NCBI GenBank assembly: GCA_964618645.1
Contig: CAZUBW010000004.1
Span: 523 to 64,522, forward strand
From: an uncultured Bacteroidales bacterium
GTDB taxonomy: Bacteria; Bacteroidota; Bacteroidia; Bacteroidales; UBA10428
Length of the DNA: 64,000 nucleotides
Direction of reading: 5' to 3'
Shown: piece after piece, positions 9,569-17,210 of the stretch
Numbering within the stretch: the stretch's first letter is position 1
Layout of the letters: every line of letters begins with the position of its first letter
The notes under the pieces: generated by a model
The model's input: only the letters and a program-made list of their open reading frames with translations
Told to the model about the DNA's origin: nothing
The model's database searches: none
Program-made: the position numbers and the translations under genes

Positions 9569-12500
9569 CTATTCCACTTTCACATAAAAGTCATCCAGGT
9601 AAACCGTTTCATTCTTCCCTTTATTCCAGCAGTAAACCACTATTTCGTCGCCTTCTCTTAAGCTGCTTCTTAGCCACTTTTGAGATGTAAAACCAGTATT
9701 CCAGGCTTCCTTATTGTTGTAGTACTGCTTCAGGTTTATGGCATGATAATGCAACGTCTTATGATTCCTGTTAACACTGATGACCAGGTAACAATCGTTC
9801 AGGTGTTGCGCCAGAAATCGCACGCTGGTGAATACTTTTAATCCTTCCCGTGGAATAGCGTTCGCTTTGTATCTGAAAGTAGAACTGAATTCCCTTTCCG
9901 TGTTGAGTTTTTCTGCTAAAACACCGGAAAATGTACGAGTACTGTCAAATACAACTCCTTCAAAATTCCAGTTCTCAATACGATTTTCATAATCATTACA
10001 TAACCAGCTTGTTTTATCATAGTCTACAGCAGGCCTGGAGTATACTTCAACAGTATATCTTTCTCCTGAATAGTAATTATTCAATTCGGGGTAATGCATG
10101 AGAATAATATCTCTCAATTCAGGAGTTTCAAGAACATTGGACCAAACATAAACAAATTTGTTAGCGTTTATTGTGTCCAGCATATTCCACAAAATTGCGC
10201 CATCTTCTGATTCCCGGAACCGCATATTGACGAAGTTCTTACCATCACATGCCCCTGAGAATGGTTTAGCGGATTCTGTATTGAATAAAACGAATATCTC
10301 TTTTTCATTCGTGAATACTTGCTCAAGTATAGCTGAAATTTTCTGATCATTTTTTTCCTGAATATCAGCAAAAGCATTGCGTGGCTTCAACGCCAGTAAA
10401 ACCGGGACAAAAACAAGAAAAACCACACCAACATAAATACCGGTAGTCCTTTTGCCTGCAACTTTTAGTTTATTGGCCCAAATAAAAAAAGCCGCCAGCA
10501 GTAAAACAAAAAATAGTGTAAATGAAGCATACGTAGCATATTGGTATTTTTGGTTGCTGTATTGGTATACTATTTCATGCAAACCTGAGGGAACAATTAC
10601 CCCTATCAGTGACCTGTTTACAGTAAAATGCGCGACTTTTTCATCATCAACAAAAACCTCCCAACCGGTATAATTATTTTGAAGCAGCACTGCAACCTGT
10701 GTAGTGGGGGAAAATGTCCTGAAACATAACCTTGAAGGGGAAAAGGTTACACATTCAAGTTTGTCTGACGGTGAAGATACTGGAAATAAGTCTTTGAAAA
10801 CACTTTGAAACAGTGAATCTTCAATGATTACCGGCTTTTTTTTCTTTGAACCGGTCAACTGCGAGATATCACTATGGTCCGATAAAAGAGTGTCCCCGAA
10901 ATACAAAAGTTTATTGTTGGTTAACTTACTCAGCAATAAACTGTCATCTTCCAATTCAGCAAATCCGTTTAAATAAAACGGGTATCGGGCATCTGAAGAA
11001 ACTGTTTTCGCGTAAGTGTTGGTATTATATGCCAGCGGATAGCTGGCCACGCTCTGATCGGTATTGGATGAAATCAGATTGTCATCGGGCAAAGGGAATC
11101 CAGCAGGACTATCTCTTAAAAACCTGCGTATTTCAATCGGATTGTGATCTGTTACAACAGTATAGGGCATATTTAACTGCGTAAATAGCATTATCTCGCC
11201 TATAGCGGTTATCATCAACAAAGGATAAAACCATTTAAGCCGGTTGCGGAAAATGATGATATATAAAAATGGCAGGTTTAGGGCCAGGAAAAAAGTGGTT
11301 TGCACAAATACAGGGCCGTACAAACCGTAATCACTCATAAAACTTTCCCATTTTGGATTGAAATAAGCGGGACCGGAAATCTTCAGTAAGATAGCCCCAA
11401 AAGAGAACAACCCAAGAAATAGTATGATTAATATGAATCCCAGATAAACTTTTTTATAGGTCCTGAAGTCAAATGCATTGGCAGGACTAAAACGGGATAG
11501 TTGTATACCAGTGAACAACAAAAAGAACAAAATAGTAAAAATCCTTAGTGCACCTGGGTGTCTGAACTTATCAAACAAGGGTATATATTCATATAGTAAA
11601 CCATGAATAAAAAAGTAATCTCCGAACGAAATGATCAGGGTTATCAGCCCGGCAATCAGCAAAAAAAGGCTTTTTTTAGTAAAGGGTCTTAAAAATGAAT
11701 AAACAAAACAGATCAACAGCATTATTCCGAAATAGAGGTTGTTCATTGAAACATCGGTATGAAAAAGCTCCGCATGCTCAGCACAAGCCAATGGTGAAAC
11801 CAGAGAAAACAAAGAAACTGGTGTAAACGTGTTTTCAACGGATTTCTCATAGGCAATTCCCGCGAAACGCTCAACAAAAGGGGTGGATTGAAAAATGCTG
11901 ACGATGATTCCTGAACAAAGCACCAAAAGCAAAACGCATGCAACAAAACATTGAACAGAAAGCATAAGTGCTTTCCTCAATGATTTATTTCCAATATACC
12001 TTATTACGGTAAAAACATAAACAGTGGCAAGCATATAGGCCAAAACAATTGCCAATGATGGATACCCCCCCGAAATAAAAAGGTACATAAAAATCACAAA
12101 CAACAGCATATATAAAGTCTTTGGGTCTCTTATCATTTTAATAAATGAAAACAAGACCCATGGCAGCCATGAGGCACTTATGATAAATTGAATATGTTGT
12201 GCATTGCCAATAAAAAAACCGGATAACATATATGAAATGGCTGTCAGCAAGCTCATCTCATTTGAAATACCCGTAGCTTTTGCCAGTTTATAGGTTCCAT
12301 ATCCTGCAATAACCAGGTAAATAATAAAAAGTATATGAAAGGTAATGTTGGTATAGGGAAACAACCTTGATAGTAACATATCAACCAAATAGTTGGTATT
12401 GGTAAGATCTGCATGAATTGGAAATCCTAACTGCTGATATGGATTCCAAAGTGGAAAAATATTATTTCGCAGGCACTCACTCATAAAATAATGCCCGGGT

Positions 12501-12685
12501 AAGTACCCATCGAGGATATCATACTTCAGTGATTGTGTGAAAAATGAAACCTGCCAGCATGCAGCAATGCATACCAAAGCAATAATGATATAAGGAAGTG
12601 ACTTTTTCAATTTTTCACTACTTTTAGTCATTCGATTATTTGAAAATGCAATATATGTAATTCTGATCATATTTATCGAAAACAA
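9569..12685 (-). CDS. polytopic membrane protein, YfhO/GT-C-like putative glycosyltransferase with a 270-aa C-terminal soluble extension
   Basis: More than 15 hydrophobic helices over about 750 aa. Two further TM helices follow (FTLFFVLLLAAFFIW; IYVGVVFLVFVPVLLAL), then a 270-aa non-membrane tail. The family call comes from overall architecture only. The start is uncertain; an alternative ATG at 12631 gives MTKSSEKLKK. Confidence 0.6.
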   Translation of the reverse strand: MFSINMIRITYIAFSNNRMTKSSEKLKKSLPYIIIALVCIAACWQVSFFTQSLKYDILDGYLPGHYFMSECLRNNIFPLWNPYQQLGFPIHADLTNTNYLVDMLLSRLFPYTNITFHILFIIYLVIAGYGTYKLAKATGISNEMSLLTAISYMLSGFFIGNAQHIQFIISASWLPWVLFSFIKMIRDPKTLYMLLFVIFMYLFISGGYPSLAIVLAYMLATVYVFTVIRYIGNKSLRKALMLSVQCFVACVLLLVLCSGIIVSIFQSTPFVERFAGIAYEKSVENTFTPVSLFSLVSPLACAEHAELFHTDVSMNNLYFGIMLLICFVYSFLRPFTKKSLFLLIAGLITLIISFGDYFFIHGLLYEYIPLFDKFRHPGALRIFTILFFLLFTGIQLSRFSPANAFDFRTYKKVYLGFILIILFLGLFSFGAILLKISGPAYFNPKWESFMSDYGLYGPVFVQTTFFLALNLPFLYIIIFRNRLKWFYPLLMITAIGEIMLFTQLNMPYTVVTDHNPIEIRRFLRDSPAGFPLPDDNLISSNTDQSVASYPLAYNTNTYAKTVSSDARYPFYLNGFAELEDDSLLLSKLTNNKLLYFGDTLLSDHSDISQLTGSKKKKPVIIEDSLFQSVFKDLFPVSSPSDKLECVTFSPSRLCFRTFSPTTQVAVLLQNNYTGWEVFVDDEKVAHFTVNRSLIGVIVPSGLHEIVYQYSNQKYQYATYASFTLFFVLLLAAFFIWANKLKVAGKRTTGIYVGVVFLVFVPVLLALKPRNAFADIQEKNDQKISAILEQVFTNEKEIFVLFNTESAKPFSGACDGKNFVNMRFRESEDGAILWNMLDTINANKFVYVWSNVLETPELRDIILMHYPELNNYYSGERYTVEVYSRPAVDYDKTSWLCNDYENRIENWNFEGVVFDSTRTFSGVLAEKLNTEREFSSTFRYKANAIPREGLKVFTSVRFLAQHLNDCYLVISVNRNHKTLHYHAINLKQYYNNKEAWNTGFTSQKWLRSSLREGDEIVVYCWNKGKNETVYLDDFYVKVE

Positions 12686-12695
12686 TAAAACCCGG

Positions 12696-13109
12696 ATGTG
12701 CCAAAAACCCTATACCCTAGAACTTCCTATGTTGGGAGATTCCTCAATAGGTTATCTTTCAATAGTGGACTTTAAAGATATGCTGCCCTTTGAACCTTTG
12801 CGTATTTATTGGACATACTTTACGCCCGAGAATATTGTCAGGGGCAGACATGCACATCATAAAACAGAGCAGATACTCTTAGCTGTGTCAGGTATAATAC
12901 TGGTGAACATTGAAACAATAGATGGAGAACTCTATACTTATAAATTGGATAAACCCAACATGGGGGTGTATATTCCGCCATTAACATGGCATACCATGCA
13001 ATACTCACATGCTGCAGTGCAACTGATTATTGCTTCAACATCCTATGATGAATCAGATTATATCCGCGATTATACAGTTTTTGAAACCTTAAAGAAAAAA
13101 CATGCCTGA
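12696..13109 (+). CDS. sugar 3,4-ketoisomerase, FdtA/QdtA/WxcM-like cupin
   Basis: 137-aa cupin with RIYWTY...VRGRHAHHKTEQILLAVSG, the His pair typical of FdtA-type dTDP-4-keto-6-deoxyhexose isomerases. Confidence 0.8.
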   Translation: MCQKPYTLELPMLGDSSIGYLSIVDFKDMLPFEPLRIYWTYFTPENIVRGRHAHHKTEQILLAVSGIILVNIETIDGELYTYKLDKPNMGVYIPPLTWHTMQYSHAAVQLIIASTSYDESDYIRDYTVFETLKKKHA

Positions 13110-13668
13110 GTTTTTCGCACATCCTGCTGCTATAAATGAAAGCACTGATATTGGCGAAGGCACAAGAATTTGGGCCTTTGTACATATTTTGCACGATGTC
13201 AGTATTGGCGCAAACTGCAATATCTGTGATCATTGTTTTATTGAAGACAATGTAAAAATTGGCAATAATGTAACCATTAAAAGTGGCGTTCATATTTGGA
13301 AAGGGGTTATTATTGAAGATGATGTGTTTGTTGGTCCCAACACAGCTTTTACAAACGACATCAGGCCCAGAAGCAAACATTTCAAGGAAGCTGTTCCCAC
13401 TTATGTTAAAAAAGGGGCCTCTCTCGGCGCCAATTCAACCATTCTTGCCGGCATAACCATTGGAGAATTTGCCATGACAGGTATTGGAAGTGTAGTTACC
13501 CGCGATATTCCAGCCTATGCTTTGTTTTACGGGAATCCAGCCAGGTTCAGGGGTTGGATTGATGAAAAAGGGAACAAGCTCTCCAGCAAGGATGGTCATC
13601 TATGGGAATCTCCGGATAGTAAAAAGTTTTTATTGAAAAACGGTGTAATTTCTCCCGTAATCCTATGA
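13102..13668 (+). CDS. left-handed beta-helix N-acetyltransferase (FdtC/QdtC-like)
   Basis: Hexapeptide repeats [46 protein letters not shown]. 8-nt overlap with the isomerase gene. Confidence 0.75.
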   Translation: MPEFFAHPAAINESTDIGEGTRIWAFVHILHDVSIGANCNICDHCFIEDNVKIGNNVTIKSGVHIWKGVIIEDDVFVGPNTAFTNDIRPRSKHFKEAVPTYVKKGASLGANSTILAGITIGEFAMTGIGSVVTRDIPAYALFYGNPARFRGWIDEKGNKLSSKDGHLWESPDSKKFLLKNGVISPVIL

Positions 13669-14792
13669 TAAGAATTCCATTTCTAAACCTTGCAGCTGTC
13701 AATCGTCCCTTCCTGAACGAAATAAACGATCAGATCAACGGCGTTTTTTCATCCGGCAATTATATGCTGGGTAATTGTGTAAGGAAGTTTGAAAATGACT
13801 TTGCGCAATACTGTGGGACAACATACTGTATTGGCGTAGCAAATGGCCTGGATGCGTTGATACTGATTTTGGAAGGATACAAATTACTGGGGCTTCTTCA
13901 GGAGGGAGATGAAGTGATTGTTCCTGCCAATACCTATATTGCCTCAATTATTGCAGTATCGCGTGCCCGTTTAACGCCTGTTCCGGTGGAACCTGACCGG
14001 TTCTCCTATAACCTGGATCCCCAAAGCATTGAACAAAAAATCACGCTAAAAACCAAAGCCATCCTTGCTGTACATCTTTATGGACAATGTGCAGATATGG
14101 ATCCTATCCATGAAATAGCAAAAAAATATAACCTCCTGGTTTTTGAAGATGCGGCACAAGGACATGGAGCCACTTATGCCGACAAAAAGGCTGGCAATCT
14201 TGGTCATGCAGCTGGTTTCAGCTTTTATCCGACTAAAAATCTTGGGGCTTTTGGTGATGCGGGTGCCATTACCACAAACAATGAAATACTGGCAGATACG
14301 ATTAAAACATTACGTAATTACGGATCAAAAGAAAAATATCATTGCCTTTACAAAGGTTATAACAGCAGACTTGATGAAATGCAAGCGGCCATACTTGGTG
14401 TTAAATTAAAATATCTGGATGAGGAGATAGGAAAACGAAAATTACTTTCGGCATTATATAAATCGTTGTTAGGCAATACTGAACTGGTGTTGCCCCGGGA
14501 AAAAGACTATGGCAGGCATTCCTGGCATTTGTTCGTGGTGCAAAGCAATCGCAGAGATTCACTACAAAAATACCTGTTGGAAAAAGGTGTGGAAACTGTG
14601 ATTCATTATCCCTATCCGCCTCACCGGCAACTGGCGTATAAAGAATGGTCGGAATTATCCTTTCCGATAACCGAGTCAATAAGTGAAAAAATCCTGAGCC
14701 TTCCGCTGAATACCTCTTTAAACAAAGACGATATCCGGCAGATAAGTGAAACAATCTCTTCCTTTTTCAACTCAAATCATTATCAGCATTAA
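13665..14792 (+). CDS. DegT/DnrJ/EryC1/StrS-family sugar aminotransferase (FdtB/QdtB-like)
   Basis: [19 protein letters not shown] and the PLP-lysine region [20 protein letters not shown] overlap with the upstream gene. Confidence 0.85.
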   Translation: MIRIPFLNLAAVNRPFLNEINDQINGVFSSGNYMLGNCVRKFENDFAQYCGTTYCIGVANGLDALILILEGYKLLGLLQEGDEVIVPANTYIASIIAVSRARLTPVPVEPDRFSYNLDPQSIEQKITLKTKAILAVHLYGQCADMDPIHEIAKKYNLLVFEDAAQGHGATYADKKAGNLGHAAGFSFYPTKNLGAFGDAGAITTNNEILADTIKTLRNYGSKEKYHCLYKGYNSRLDEMQAAILGVKLKYLDEEIGKRKLLSALYKSLLGNTELVLPREKDYGRHSWHLFVVQSNRRDSLQKYLLEKGVETVIHYPYPPHRQLAYKEWSELSFPITESISEKILSLPLNTSLNKDDIRQISETISSFFNSNHYQH

Positions 14793-14798
14793 TTCATC

Positions 14799-15734
14799 AT
14801 GAAAAAACTCTCTGTAATCATACCCTGTTACTATAATGAATCGACCATCAGAGCTACTTTTGATACGCTTTGCAAAACCATTCAATCATGGCCTGATCAA
14901 ACAGATCTAGAGTTTGTTTTTGTCGATGATGGGTCAAAGGATAATACTTACAATGAGCTGATGACCATTCATAATCTTGCTCCAGGTTATACCAAAATTG
15001 TCAAGCTTGTCTCGAATGTTGGTTCCTATAATGCACTATATGCAGGACTCGAATATGCAACCGGAGATTGTAATGTGGTAATATCGGCAGATTTACAGGA
15101 CCCTCCTGAACTGATCCGGAAAATGTATACTTATTGGATTCAGGGGATCAAACTGGTTATTGCCAACCGCGAAAACCGGCATGATAAAAATATCCATAAA
15201 TGGTCCGCCTCTCTTTTTCATTTATTGATGCGAAAGTTTGCTTTCCGGAATGCTCCGGAAGGAGGCTTTGATTTTGTTCTTTTTGATAAAGTAATCCGTA
15301 CAAAAATTCTTGAGCTGAAAGAAAGAAATTCAAATATTTTTTACCTGATGATCTGGCTTGGTTATGATTTTGTAAATATCCCCTATACCAGGCAAAAAAA
15401 TAGTGAAGGAAGATCAAAATGGACAATTGGGAAAAAGATCAAATTATTTGTCGATTCTTTTGTTTCATTTTCTTTTAAACCCATCCGTATTATTTCAATT
15501 ACAGGCCTTATGCTGGGTTTAGGGGCTTTTATTTATGGTCTGTTCATCATCATGGCCCGGATATTTGGTTACATAGTCGTTGAAGGTTGGTCGGCGCTTA
15601 TGGTTGTTTTACTTTTTGTTTCTTCATTTCAAATGATTGCCATGGGAATTCTTGGAGAATATCTTTGGCGTGTGCTGGATAACAGCCGGAAGAGGCCATT
15701 ATATACCATTGAAAAACTTGTTCTCCCTGAATAA
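14799..15734 (+). CDS. GT2 polyprenyl-phosphate glycosyltransferase (GtrB/ArnC/CsbB-like)
   Basis: LSVIIPCYYNE, FVDDGSKDNT and ISADLQDPPE motifs, plus two C-terminal TM helices ending in MGILGEYLWRV. Confidence 0.85.
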   Translation: MKKLSVIIPCYYNESTIRATFDTLCKTIQSWPDQTDLEFVFVDDGSKDNTYNELMTIHNLAPGYTKIVKLVSNVGSYNALYAGLEYATGDCNVVISADLQDPPELIRKMYTYWIQGIKLVIANRENRHDKNIHKWSASLFHLLMRKFAFRNAPEGGFDFVLFDKVIRTKILELKERNSNIFYLMIWLGYDFVNIPYTRQKNSEGRSKWTIGKKIKLFVDSFVSFSFKPIRIISITGLMLGLGAFIYGLFIIMARIFGYIVVEGWSALMVVLLFVSSFQMIAMGILGEYLWRVLDNSRKRPLYTIEKLVLPE

Positions 15735-16239
15735 AACACCAGGTTAACAAAAAAATCTCAATAATCATGATGCAACATCTGAAGATGAGAACCGGTTAAG
15801 GATCATCCCGGATTAGTTGGGGTAGAGCAGCACGGGGGCTCGTTTTGGCTGAGAATTCAATGAATGCAAATGAAATAGTCCTTATTCCATGAATGCTAAA
15901 ATATGTTCAATTATCTGGGAAAATAGTTAATGGTTTTTTTGGATTCAATTGATATATTTCATAAACTTGTTTAATAAATACCTGATAGTTGAAATTTGAA
16001 ATTAGGTGCGTTTGGATGAATTGAAGTTATCACAAATCAGGTAAAAATTAGGTTTTTATTTTTAAGGGATTGTATTGCATACTAATCCCATACGTTGATG
16101 AAGTTTTAGTATCAATGCTGAAATGCTGTGGATTATCCTTTAAATGGCAATCCGCTTGAAATCAATAAAGTAAATCATACATTCTCAGTATTTATGGAAA
16201 TAATTAACACTTATATTTTAAACCTTTAAAACTAACCTT

Positions 16240-17202
16240 ATGAAGATTAAAACTTTACTCTTTGTGGCATTAGCACTGTTATCTTTCAATGCCGTTTCTC
16301 AAACGCTTTATGTGCCATCAGGGACAAATGGAATTGGCTCATCTGGCAATGCTAACATTGGAATTGGTTTATCAAATCCGGGAGATAAACTCCACATTAA
16401 AAATGCAACTGACAACTCGTTTTTACGAATTGAAACCGGAGCAAATCAAAAGTACGCCGGGCTAAAGTTAGTTGGTTCACATAATGGAAGTACGGCCACT
16501 TCACAAATCTATATGGACTATTATGGCCTCACTAATCATCATGGCTTGAATTATATTTCAGGAAGAAGTGGATATGATCATCATTGGTTTAAAAATAGTG
16601 CGGGAAATGTTCTATTTGCAATTAAAACTCAAAGTTCTGGCTTCGGTAGAATTGTCATCCCTGCTAATGCAATGTTGGAAATTGGAACTGATAATCCAGA
16701 TAACGGGTTCTTGCGAGTTTCAACCGTAACAAATTGCTATAATACATATGCTGATTATAAAGGTAATGTCTATTTCCGCGCAGATGGCATTGGAGGTTCC
16801 TCACTGGGTTTACAGAAGGATGGTACCGTTGTTATTGGTATCTGGGAAAAATATGATAATACCAGTATTGATTTGCAGGGCAATAAATTACTAGTTAATG
16901 GAGGTATTCTGTGTCAACAAGTTAAAGTCATTGCGGATGTTCCTGATGCCGATTATGTTTTTGATGCAGACTATAACCTTATGTCATTGGATAAGGTGGC
17001 AGATTTTATCCAAAACAATAAACATCTTCCAAATATTCCTTCGGCTGTAGAATTCAAAACCAATGGATACAAAGTCGGTGAAATGGATGAAATGCTCTTA
17101 AGAAAGGTAGAAGAAATTACCTTGTATCTTATTGAACAAAATAAGAGGATTGCAGCACTGGAAGAAGAAAATAAGCAATTAAGGGCAAAAATGAACCTTT
17201 AA
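16240..17202 (+). CDS. secreted tail-fibre-like protein with a conserved C-terminal coiled-coil domain
   Basis: Signal peptide MKIKTLLFVALALLSFNAVSQ. NANIGIGLSNPGDKLHI motif. C-terminus LLVNGGILCQQVKV..PDADYVFDADYNLMSLDKVADFIQNNKHLPNIPSA...EEITLYLIEQNKRIAALEEENKQL. I recall this pattern from many uncharacterised Bacteroidota tail-fibre-like proteins. Confidence 0.6.
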   Translation: MKIKTLLFVALALLSFNAVSQTLYVPSGTNGIGSSGNANIGIGLSNPGDKLHIKNATDNSFLRIETGANQKYAGLKLVGSHNGSTATSQIYMDYYGLTNHHGLNYISGRSGYDHHWFKNSAGNVLFAIKTQSSGFGRIVIPANAMLEIGTDNPDNGFLRVSTVTNCYNTYADYKGNVYFRADGIGGSSLGLQKDGTVVIGIWEKYDNTSIDLQGNKLLVNGGILCQQVKVIADVPDADYVFDADYNLMSLDKVADFIQNNKHLPNIPSAVEFKTNGYKVGEMDEMLLRKVEEITLYLIEQNKRIAALEEENKQLRAKMNL

Positions 17203-17210
17203 ATCTTAAC

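Noticed and set aside
15795-15850. A tRNA-like snippet (GATTAGTTGGGGTAGAGCAGCACGGGGGCTC) at the left edge of the AT-rich cassette. It could be a tRNA remnant or att site.
   Set aside because: I could not build a cloverleaf. There is no T-arm GGTTCGAAT-type sequence or acceptor-stem complement. No matching direct repeat was found at the right boundary (19560-19766). The resemblance to a D-arm is too short to be meaningful.
15735-16239. An invertible (phase-variable) promoter flanked by inverted repeats, as seen at Bacteroides surface loci.
   Set aside because: Only short (5-6 bp) or imperfect inverted repeats were found by eye. No recombinase gene is nearby. The region is kept only as a low-interest note about its unusual length.
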